Source of the DNA: the human T2T-CHM13v2.0 reference genome, Homo sapiens
Strand: one strand, 5' to 3'
Assembly: GCF_009914755.1 (NCBI RefSeq)
Contig: NC_060941.1
DNA: 64,000 bases
The translations under genes and the position numbers were made by a program. The notes below the pieces were generated by a model that ran no database searches, was not told the origin of the DNA, and worked only from the letters and a program-made list of their open reading frames with translations. This document shows positions 18,830 through 31,545 of the stretch, piece by piece (the stretch's first letter is position 1; the number at the start of each line of letters is the position of its first letter).

Positions 18830-19330
18830 TAACATCAATTCCAAAAGTATTTATTGATCTTCTGCATGCTATGGCATATGCTAGCTGCTGAGGACTATAG
18901 TGCCATATAAAGTTGACATAGTCACTGTCCTCATGGAGCTTATCAGAATTAAAGAGATAATTGCACAAATCAATAATTACTGTGCTACAAAGGAACAGTA
19001 TTTGGTGCTCTGAGAGGATATACCAGGACCCAATGTTGTCTTGGGGATCAGAGAAGGGTTCCATGTAGAACTGACATTTACATTGATGGCTGAAGGAAAA
19101 GGAAGAAATAAATAACGAAATAGAAGTCGGAGGTCGGAAGAAAGAGTATTTGCAGCAAAATGAACAGTATGCGTGAGTTTCCTGAGACAGGAAGGAGTCT
19201 GGCATGTTTCAGGATCTAAAAACCAGAGAGAGAAACAAAACAAGTAAGCATGATAGAACCAAAACTAGCAGATGGAGAAGGCCCAGACCATCCAGACCTT
19301 GTAGGCCAGGGGAAGGATCAAGAACTTCCA
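18830..19330 (-). mobile_element. L2 fragment
   Basis: 'tatttattga...ctgtcctcatggagctta', 'gagacaggaaggagtctggcatgtt'. Confidence 0.65.
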
Positions 19331-21089
19331 GAAATGATAGGGGAGTTTTGGGTCGAAGCAGACCTAGCTTTAATTCCCAGTTATGCCACTTGTTAAATGG
19401 ATAGAATTACTAAATTACTGACCTAGCCCATCTTTCAGGAATTGTGAGGATAAATGTTAAAATTATTTATTATGAGAAATAATGATGACATTTTCTGTAA
19501 AAGAAGCTGGTGGATTTTCATTAAATGGTTTCTCCTCCCTGGGCACAGGGTAAATGCAGGGAATAATATGAACTAAGGCTCAGAAATTAGCTTAAATGCT
19601 CAGCAAAGGTATCCCTATTTTGTGGCTCCCAGGGAGCAAAATGGAACTATGAAGATTGTCCTCCCCATATCTATGTCCACACATAAGTCAAACCTACTCA
19701 ATCTGAGCCCCGATTCTGTACTTCTACAAGAGAAAGTGGGTGTCCAAAGATCAATCTGGCATTGATCCTGTCCTCAAGGAGTTTAATTCATTGCTTAAAA
19801 TTATAAGGAGGAAAATGGGATCTTTTCAATGGATGAGGTAAGTGAATAAAAGAAAAGCCAGAGTGCCCCTTTCTAAATGAAGGCTCAGCATCTGGCAAGA
19901 AAGTTGAACTGTTTTTGCTTTTGCCCCCGTGGCTAGTGATTTTAATTTCAGGAATGCCCAACAGGACTCAGAAAGCTGTGAATGTAAACTGACTACGTAT
20001 CTTGGTCTTTGTGTGTGTAAATCAGACAGCTAATCCTGTGCTCTCCTTGCTCTGTTCCTTTAGGAATGTAAAATAGCTTGCTGGAGCTCTCTCCGTGCAA
20101 GCAACATGGGTATGGCTCTGCTGAAAACAAAACAAAACAAAAATGTCAGAATCCCAGGAAACATCTCCAGGAGAGCTCTTGGCCTGTGGAAGCGCTGTCA
20201 GAGGCTGCCACTTTTCAAGGGAGGTGTGGTGGGGTTAGCAGCCCAAGCCTGCTGATTTCCAATTGTCACTGGGTTTTAAAAGAGTTCTTGCTATTGTTCA
20301 GTTACATCCATTACAGTTTTTTAAAAGCTCATACTTTTTTCATGAACAAAAATTATCAGGACAGTTTCTCCTAAAAAACTAGTCTAAACAAGTGACGATC
20401 TATCTGGACATCTTACTCAAGGATATGGCAGGGTTTCAAGGAAGAAGAGAAAGTAGAAGAGTTTGTCTGAGTTAGTGATGTGACTACTTTTAGTTCAGTG
20501 TCCTAAAAGTGCTTATTCACAAGGTCCAGACAACATGAAATAAAATATTGTAATAATGTATAATAAAATATTACTACACATAGTAATAAAATGTAATAAT
20601 AATGAAGCATGGTTAGTCCTGTTCAGGCGTAATCTTTTATGCTATCGGGAGTAGCGCCCTGGTATGGCCTGCCATCCATAAGAACAGCAATTAGTTTGTC
20701 AGTCCATGACTGCTGCCCTGGTTGCTCAGTCAGGTCCACAGATGCCCACCCTGCAGGCTGTGTCCTTCACGAGTTTCTGGGCCAGCCCTGGCTTAGACAA
20801 GAGCTAATGCAGGGAACCTGGACTCTTGTACTGCCCAGGACCTGGAGCCTGGCCACTGCACAGACCTCCCAGGTGGTGACTGCTTGGTAACTGACCTTCT
20901 GCCCCAGATTCCCTCACTGTGCCACTCCTGTGTCCTAAAGGGATTTGAGTACCTCATTCTTGACTCCTGATGTCAGGATGTTACCTAAATTATGCCCAAG
21001 AAGTCTACACCCCTCAGACAGTCATTATACCTGCTGATCATGATACATCCACCTTCCAAAATCTGCTTGAGCAATCATCTAGCATTTAT

Positions 21090-22223
<1,134 letters not shown>

Positions 22224-22529
22224 CTATTAGGAGAGCAATTAACAAGCAAATGGTTCAGACTATGGAGGAGACTTTTTGTGGTTACTTGTAGTGCTTATGA
22301 ATTTTTCAAAATCCTGAAAATTTAGACACCTCTGCTCCCTACCTGTATCTGTGTGTAGCTCTATCATATGATAAGCAAAACTAGGAGAGTACACGATATA
22401 TGTAGAGAAGCACATATTATTTTTGTGGATGGCAGAACCTGCCAATAAATAAGTGAATCTAGCCTTCTGATTCCAACTTTGCTTTAATCTTCTAGAAGTA
22501 GTGGATGCAAGAAGGCTTTTCTAGTGTCA

Positions 22530-22575
22530 AAAAAAAAAAAAAAAGAAGAAGAAGAAGAAGATGATGATGAAAAAG
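22530..22575. repeat. Compound A15-(GAA)n-(GAT)n microsatellite
   Basis: aaaaaaaaaaaaaaagaagaagaagaagaagatgatgatgaaaaa. Confidence 0.9.
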
Positions 22576-23384
22576 CCTTTTGCCCTTAATTTAAATCATT
22601 GTTTTTCTAGGGAAATTTAATTTGGGGAAAAAAAATGTTTTTCTAATTAACTGGATGACTGTGTGCTATGCAAACAATAAAGATTCTTGTTTGAAAGTAA
22701 TGCATGCCCCTGTTCCTAAGACTACCAAGGGAATTTAAAATAAAAAATGCAAGCAGCTCCGACCTCATATTTTGCCAGAGCTAAACAGAATTCCCAGATC
22801 CAGAGTTTTCACGTCAGTTCCTAATTTAAAACCCACAAGTGTTGAGCGGGTTCATGCTGCAGCAAGACACATCTTCTCATCTCTAGAAATGACTGTATTT
22901 GATCTCGGTCTGGGTTTCTCGGCACGTCCTTCTCTCTCTCTCTCTCTCTTCTTCTTGTGCTATGGTTGGCCTGAAAGGTTAGAAACTGCACAATTAGATG
23001 GATCGGGGGAAGATTTCATAATGCTCTGGTGCTGGGTTGGGCAGTCTAGCCAAATTCCGTTCATTAGCTAAGGCGCCAGGGTGAATGTGGCCAGTAAGAA
23101 TGCTGTTTTGGTTCCATCGAAGAGCTGATAGGGAATAGGAAATACACTTTTAGTTTTTTTGGTTTCTGAGAGGCAGTATGGACAAGTGAAGAGTCCAGGA
23201 TGCTTGGAATCTGAAGGCCAGTTATTAATCTCCATTTCAACCACTAACTGAGCAGTAGAAGTAACTGCCATTCTCCTTTTGACTTTTTTCCCTCCGTTCT
23301 GACACAGTTGTCTTATGCTGTCTGTACCAGCGTGAAATTCCTGTCTACCGTAGACTTCAAGCATTCCAAAGTCAAGAATCAAGT

Positions 23385-23780
23385 ATTCACCAAACATTTA
23401 CTGAGCCACCTACACTCTGCTAGGTGCTATGATAGGTGCTTTGGAAAGTGATATTAATCAGACATGGTCCTTGCCCTAAGGAGCTTATAGACTACAGAGG
23501 AGATGGATCATTGAAAAACATAAAACAATAAAGCAAGTACAATGTGTGAGACATATTAAAATTGCTAAGGGAAAATTGGCAAGGATGATTCCCTTGGGAA
23601 GCCAGAGAAAACTAGAAAAAGGAAAGGACTTTGAACCAGGACTGTTTGAATAAAAGGATAGAAGTTTTTGTGGAAGAGGAGGCCATATCACAGGAGAAAA
23701 CAGCACAAGCAATGGCTGGGTCTAAGGGCAAGTGACTGATAAGGCTAAGTGGAGGATTTGGGTGATGTTTGGTTAAGACG
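23385..23780 (-). mobile_element. L2 3' fragment
   Basis: 'caaacatttactgagccaccta...ctaggtgct...cagacatggtccttgccctaaggagctta'. Confidence 0.75.
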
Positions 23781-24614
23781 AAGGAATGTAACTTTTACAG
23801 TATATTCCTCCCGATGTGTGAACAGGATAAAACAACTCTAGGCTTTGAGGCATTTGAGATTTTAGGGAGAATCTGCACAACAGCAAGTTTTATGAGGTGT
23901 TTTTTTTTTTGATCAATTGAATAAAAATTAATTAGGCATTGCTGCACTGTTTTATCTTTATGCCTTTACATTAGCATAGTTTCACCTCTCCAAAAGCTGG
24001 CCTGCAATTTGAGTGTTTTCAGCTAAAACAGGGTGGATTATCTAATCCACATCATAAGCCTTGAAATTTACCTAAACTTTATACTATGTTCTCTGCTTGG
24101 GTACCCAAACTCTTCTGAGTTGTGAATTTTCTAGTCTTGTAACTGATTCCGTGACATTTCCCATTACATTATAGACCTCAGGGTGGCAGGGCCAGGCTTC
24201 AGGGGCTCTTTTTCATTTTAATCTTCCAGCCTGTGATTTACATAGCTGCCATCAGATAATGGCAGTGTTCAGGTAGAACTTCCCTGCCCAAATGACTCTA
24301 CATATCTGAAACCTAGATAAAAATTAAAGTTTTGTTAAAATAACAAGGAATCCCATTTAAAATAGTCATAGTTACTTGATATAAATACAAGGAATCACAG
24401 TGTGAGCCAGAGCCAAATTTTAGGAAATACTAATATCTAGGTTTTGTCGAATACCTTTCTTGCTAATTTTCAACTGCTATGAGCCATTGCGCAATTAAGC
24501 CCTGCTTTTCCTTCTCAGACCTAAGTAGAAACAGTTTCTCTCATCTTTATCTTAAACATTACAAGTTTTGTATAGTTTTAGAACCGGCTTATACGTGATT
24601 TTCTCAGGGTTTTA

Positions 24615-25100
<486 letters not shown>

Positions 25101-25636
25101 TCATGCCAAAAGGAGTCCACCAACCCAAGGAAATACACAGAGGGAAAAAGACTGTTGGTTGCCCCAGAATAGATTGGCCATTCTAACATGGAGAATTGTT
25201 TGCCTTTGATGTGAATCTTCTTTTTCTCTAGCCCCTTCCCTTTTGAAACTCAGATATGTTATAAAATCTAATTAGACTTAACTGTTTAAAACCCTCTATT
25301 AATTCCCAAAACAGAACCACATCTTCTTACAACCGGCTTCTGTTTATGTTTTGTTCTGCAAGAAGCCTGACACTCTTTTCCACCTGAAACTTGCTTTGTA
25401 AAACATGTTTCAGTAAAACTTGAACAATTTCAAAAATAAATTGAGGTTTCTTTAGAAATTCTAAAGATCGTATCTCTGAAAAACTTTTCATTAATCATTT
25501 GCCAAATAATCTGGTATTATTCCCACTAATCCCTTGCTCTTCTTTTGGCAAGTTGTCTTGAGTTCTTAGTCTGGAGTCACAGCCCTTGATTTTCAGCCTT
25601 CAGCTTAGAGCTCCACCACAGCAATTAATCATGTCT

Positions 25637-25650
25637 GTTTCAATGGCAAC
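25637..25650. promoter_or_regulatory. Candidate RFX X-box GTTTCAATGGCAAC
   Basis: Close match to the GTTNCCATGGCAAC consensus, in non-repeat sequence. Motif match only. Confidence 0.3.
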
Positions 25651-26122
25651 CAAAGATATTTTTGTTTCCAGAATTTTCCTATATTCTTTGCTCTTCCTAA
25701 ATTTCTTTGCAAATTTGCTACTCATTTTTGTTTTGTTCTGTTTGTAATAACTTACTCAAGCATACCGTTTTTCTTCTATAGCTAAATTAGGTGTAACATT
25801 ATTCTCTGATTACAAACCTTCCCCAATTTGACTTTCAGAGACTTGGCTTCTTCAAGAGTTAGTAGCTCGTAAGTGGAATAAAACATTTTGAAAAATGGAA
25901 ACATACATGTAATACATATACATATATATAAACATATATATGTGTTTTAGAATACATATTTGTAAGGAGGTATAGACCGATTTGAGTTAATATATAATCT
26001 TAATCATTTGATTCTAACTAGATGGTATAACATGCCTGAGAGTTTCAAGGGGCAAGAAACTAGAAAAGGAGAAGATTCACATGAAAGAAAAATATTTTTG
26101 TGTTGGAAAAACTAATCTACTG

Positions 26123-26125
<3 letters not shown>

Positions 26126-26167
<42 letters not shown>
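26126..26167. repeat. (GT)n microsatellite, about 20 units
   Basis: Uninterrupted gtgtgt run. Confidence 0.97.
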
Positions 26168-26170
<3 letters not shown>

Positions 26171-26726
26171 CATATATATGCATTTGATTTGTAAGTATTT
26201 AATAAGCACCTTCAATGCACCAAGCACAGACCCACACTAGGAAGGAAAAAAATGAATGACACTTTCCTGTTCTCAAGTTTCTCATGCTCAAGAGAAAGAG
26301 ATACATAGCGTAAAACATAATACATTATAATAAATCTCGTTTTTACAGAAATAAGGGACTTAGGGAGCAGAAAAACTGGTGTATTTGATTAATTATTCCT
26401 GATGAATTTAGAGATGACTTTGCTAGGTCCTAAATGATTGGTGAGTTTCACCAAGCAGAGGTTGGAAGATGGGGAAAAGACACAGAAGCAGAAAATGCAC
26501 AAAATAATCAGGTAACAGAGACTTACAGAACAAAGACTTTCTTCTGAAAAATGGCAGGAATTTAGAAGAGTAATATATAATTGGGACCAGATAAGAAGGT
26601 CCTTGAATGCCTTCCTAAGATTTCATTTTATTTCAAAGCAACTGGACTCTATGAAAAGATACTAGGTGGAGGAATAAAATCATTCAATCTTCATTTTTCA
26701 ACTATAATTCAGGGTATAGTAAAAGG

Positions 26727-26880
26727 ATTTTTTTTCTTGAGACAGGATCACACTCTGTGGCCCAGGATGAGTGCAGTGGTACAATCACAACTCACTGCAA
26801 TCTTGAACCCCCGGGCTTAAGCAATCCTCCCACCTCAGCCTCCTGAGTAGCTGGGACAGTAGGAGCATGCCACCACTCGG
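26727..26880 (-). mobile_element. Alu monomer (FRAM/AluJ right arm) within decayed antisense L2 (about 26190-27330)
   Basis: 'ttgagacagg...aagcaatcctcccacctcagcctcctgagtagctggga'. Confidence 0.85.
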
Positions 26881-28487
26881 AATGGGAGGCACTCAAGTAG
26901 AGATTAACAGAAGGAAGTTCGAGCTCAAGGGGGAGGCTGGACATAGAATCACAGTTTTAAGACTCATAGTTAGAGCCATAAAAAGTGGATAAAGTCAATA
27001 CCAAAGGCAAACATGTGGAGTGAAAAGAGAGCCAAACATCAAACTCCCAAGGAACATCACATCAAAGGGAGAAGGAGAAGGGGCAAAACCAGGACGAGTC
27101 TAGAAAGAGGCAGTTAATGCAAAAGAGAAGTAGAAAGGCAAGTGCAACCAAAACCGGGGGAGGGGAATGGTTGCACAAAGTAAGGAAGGCCAAACATGGC
27201 AAGATTTCCCAAAGGGAGGCTGTTGCTGATGATCAAAGCACAAGAATTTTAGGAGAGCAGTTTCAAGAGTGTGAGGAAAGCAAGCGAGATGCCCAGGAAC
27301 ATTCTGAAGAAGAGGAGAGAATGCAGGATCATCCAGAGCAAGGGAACTGTGTGACTCGAGGGGCGCAGCAGGCTTTGGAGATGGTTTGATTTTGAAATAT
27401 TAAAGTGTCCTAGAGAATGTCATTTAAATCTTAAGATCTATTGCTTATCACAAAGTTTAGAAACAGAGGCCTTGCTTCCCATGGGATTTAAGTCCCTTAA
27501 GTCCCTGCTTCATTTATGCTTGCCTTAAATCCCACCAGGTATAAGCAATTACTTAAGATACTTTTTACTGATGATGCACAATTTATCTTTCCTGACCATG
27601 GCTTTGTCAACTGATAGAAAATGTGATGAAAGCATATGATATCACAGTAAAATGGGGTGTTAGAATTTGTATGACTTAACTAGAAATAAACATTCACCTT
27701 GGGGATGTCAAGGGAGAAGAACATTAAACACCTTAGCCACAAACCCCTTTTCCAATGAAAAGGCTTGGAAGAAGCTATCAAGGAGAAGAAGGAGAGAAGG
27801 GGAAGGGAGCAGTATATAAGGCATTAGGGGAAGAGAATGTTTTCAGAAAAAGAAGGTGTCAAATGATGTGGAGATAATGAAAGGAGGCTTCTTTATTTGG
27901 AGTGAAAATCTCACTCAGACCTTAAGAGAGGCTTTTCAGTAGAATATGGCGAAGCAGATGTCAGACTTGGAGAGCGAATAGAAGGTAATGTCCTAGTGGA
28001 TCCTTTGGTTCTCAAATGCAGTAAATAAGTTATCTACTATATAGAACAAGCTGTTACATGTAATGTGCCTGAGTATGTGTGTGTATATTCATATACACAT
28101 ACACATACACACACAAATGCACACACACACAATGTGTTTATATGGCAATGGTCTCATGAGCAATATATTTAATATAACTTACATCTGACATTAAGAACAT
28201 CACATAAATGTGCATGTACTACAATATACATTATATTTATCAAGGCTCAAAAAAAACTGATAAGTTTTTATTATTCTTTTCTGCTCTTCTTTTAAAAAAA
28301 ATGTGAACTTGGAAACTAAATTAACATCTCAAGGAATGTTGTCTGATACACCAATATAAAGAAAGGAGGGTGCACTTAACTCTTTCTGAGAGGGATTGTA
28401 TGCTAGAGTTTCTATGGTACTTCTTGATGTGTGACTGAATTTTATTCTCCCTCTTTCTCTCTCTCCCTGCCCCCCTACTCCCTCCAG

Positions 28488-28585
28488 TGGAATGGAGTAT
28501 GTCCGAAGACTTTTCTCCTTTGGCTGGAGAAATCATCATGGATAATCTGCAGACTCTGAGATGCACAATCACAGGACTTACAATG
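28488..28585 (+). CDS. ANKFN1: ANKFN1 internal coding exon A (98 nt, phase 1 to 0): (V)EWSMSEDFSPLAGEIIMDNLQTLRCTITGLTM, FN3 domain
   Basis: Long pyrimidine tract ending cctccag at 28487; donor ATG|gtaaat at 28586. The peptide has the FN3 Trp and the 'ITGL' motif and matches the recalled human ANKFN1 sequence. The frame continues into the next exon. Confidence 0.96.
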
Positions 28586-31003
28586 GTAAATGTCCCCAGT
28601 AGACTTTTCATTTCCCTATTGCTGATATTTGTGCTGGGATATCAGTAGCAAATGCCTATTCTGAAAGCAACAGCCAACGCCCAGTCCTCTGGCAACAACT
28701 GCCACTCATTAAGCATGATATGTCTGGTATCTAGAATCTGAATTTCACAAAGGAGTAAGCAGACAGCATGAATCACTTTATAAACTGTCGTGTTCTAAGG
28801 AGATCAGAAAAAGACTGGCCTCATGCAAGCCTTGAAAGCTGCTGCTTTCTGGATCACAGTCTAATCTTTTGGGGGAAAGCAGGGAGTGGATCAAAGGCTC
28901 TGAGAGATGCAATTTTGACTCCCTGTCTGATGGTAAAAATAACAGCTTCATCTCACCCTCATGCCCACAGCCTCAGCCTCGGTTGAGATCAGTCATCAAT
29001 TGCAGTCACATAATTTCCTGAGAGAAATCCTTTTCCCTTGATTAAAAAAAAAAAACGAAGTCTGTCTAAATATGTTTTCACAAAAAAGAAACTATATATG
29101 GTGGAGCTATGTTTCTCAGCAACCTAAACTAATTTAAACTGTGAGTGAAAAACTGGAACAAACTGCTTATTTGTTTAACTAATATAAACTCAAAAGTTAA
29201 TTATTTAGAATTATGAACATATGAGCATATGAAATGCAAAAAAAATAAAAACACCTTGTAAATCAGTTCAAACTGGAGCAAACCCTGTATTTCCTCAAGC
29301 AATTAAAATGCAAAAGATAAAATTCTTTTTTCTCAAAATATTTTAAAAGTAAAATTAAATCAAACCTTTTTCAGTCCAATTCAAATATTTAATATCTTAG
29401 GACCTTCAGATGAGGGAAGTAGAGGGATAATTTTGTTATTATTGTTGTTGTTTTCTTAAAGGTTTGTTGATTAAAATGTTACCTACAAAGTATAATCCTA
29501 AAGCCCACCCTTAAAAAAAAAATGCATCAGGTTGCATTTCTTCAAGTTTAAACCTGCTTATTCTAATGGAATTTTTGATGCTTGGGTAATCACCACGGAA
29601 TCCTGACGTTTAGTCCTAATCGCATATCTATACCAGGGGCCAGAACTGTGGATTACCAGAGCAAACAAACCCCTGAGTGGGTGGCCCCCAGAGATGCTAT
29701 CAGTAGAAGACTGATTCCAACCCTATGGCTCACAAGATGGAAGAGGGCCAGAAGGAACCCTAGGGAATTTTCATTGCTTAAAAGAAAAAGTGATATGTGA
29801 TAAAAATGGAAAACTCTCCATAAAGAGTTTCTCTAATATCTGAACTAATTTCCATAGGGATTAAGTTTTTCCACTTGACCATCTAATGAAAGAAATGCAG
29901 ACACTATTGTAATCATATAAAAGCCTAGGAGTAGATTTATACTTTACACAATCTCTATAACTTTGAGGGTCATAGAAACCCATTTTCAACATTAAAACAT
30001 TGATTTCCTAACACAGTAAGGTCAATATTTTATGATCCCTAGAAAAGTCTCTACAAAGATGTGCTTTTTTTTTTTAACTTCAAACATCATTTTACAATTT
30101 TTACAAGCAATGTTTCATCAAATGCTGGCTTCTCAAATGCCCTTTGGGTTCACTGGAAAAAAATATAAAAGCAAAATGTAAAATATAAAAATTCAAGCAA
30201 AATATAAAAACTATACAAAAGATTTTAAAACATTATCAGCAAATAAAAACAATTCCTTAATTCTTAACATCACAAAAGACCATTAAAGAATATAAGCCAT
30301 TGTTTTAACAATGGCTTTAAAATTGAAGTCACATCAAAATGTTAATTTTTTTAAATGTGTATGCAGCTGAATGAAGGATGTTTATTGCAGCATGTTTATT
30401 GTAGCACAAAATGTGGGAACCATCTAAATGTCCACCAGTCAGGGACTGGTTAAATACATGATACCGAATATTTGCTCACAGTGAAATGTATGCAGACACA
30501 AAAAGAGCAAGGCAGTTATTTAATGCACTACTCTGAAAAGATATTTATTATAACTTATTCATTTTCTAAAGCAAGTTGATCACTAAAAGAAGTGACAGCT
30601 ATTACCTATAGGAAGGGGAAAATAAGGAGAATGATGTGAGAGTGGGAATTGCTATTTTTTGTAAACCTTGTAGAACTATGTGACTTTTAAAAATTTATAT
30701 ATAGTTTCAGGGGGCTCAGGAAAAGTCATTATGATTCTTAAATTTTGAAAAGAAGAAAGTGCATAGAAACTAAGAGGGAACTTCAAATATGGTTGCTGTG
30801 ACATATAAACATAATAGTCAAGAAAAACCAGAATGCTATAGATGGGCTATAGTTCTGTTGCCCATGAACTCTGTTGCATGGGCAACAGAGTTCCAAAGAG
30901 ATGAAGGAGTTAATCACACATAGTTATTAAATTCTATACCCATAGAGTCTAGGGTAAAAATGATTAAATAAAATGCCTGATGCATCATTTCAATACTTTG
31001 CAG

Positions 31004-31094
31004 GGCCAACAGTATTTTGTTCAAGTCTCGGCTTACAATATGAAAGGATGGGGACCTGCTCAGACCACGACACCGGCATGTGCCTCTCCTTCTA
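31004..31094 (+). CDS. ANKFN1: ANKFN1 exon B (91 nt, phase 0 to 1): GQQYFVQVSAYNMKGWGPAQTTTPACASPS, end of FN3 domain
   Basis: Acceptor ctttgcag|GGC, donor A|gtaggt. Carries the classic FN3 'G..Y.V.V.A.N..G.GP' signature and is in phase with both neighbours. Confidence 0.96.
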
Positions 31095-31372
31095 GTAGGT
31101 GGTGGCTGTGAACTCTCTCCAGCATGGTAACAGACTCCAACTGCAACTCCATCTTCAGGGTGCCATTGCCATTCCCTTCCCCCACTGCTTGCAACCCATA
31201 AGACCTTCTCAGGGCAGCATCTGGGCCACATAATGAATGATTCCCCTGCAGAAATGCTCCTGGGGAAGCAGCTCAGTGGAGTAAAAGGAGAGGGAATTTG
31301 GAAACAGAAAGGCTGAATTTGATACCCATTATGCCTCTTATCATCTGTGTGGCCTTCAAAAGTTGTTTAACA

Positions 31373-31545
31373 GTCAGGCATGGTGGCTCATGCCTGTAGT
31401 CCCAGTTACTGGGGAGGCTGAGGCAGGAAGATCTCTTGAGCCTAGGAGTCAGAGAGTTCGAGGCTATAGTGAGTTAAGATCGCACCACTGCACTCCAGCC
31501 TGGGTGACAGACTGAGACACTGCCTCTAAAGAAAAAAACAAAAAC
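31373..31545 (+). mobile_element. Free Alu monomer (FAM/FRAM-like) inserted in a MIR (about 31270-31640)
   Basis: Single monomer with an A-rich tail; MIR text resumes at 'tctctgagactcaattcc'. Confidence 0.85.

Noticed and set aside
20652-20672. CTCF-like GGCCATACCAGGGCGCTA (minus strand) in the GC-richer 20620-21000 block
   Set aside because: The central core positions mismatch. The block may be an old LTR that I cannot name.
27117-27389. Charged 90-aa ORF (MQKRSRK...)
   Set aside because: Purine-rich antisense L2 remnant with no exon signals.
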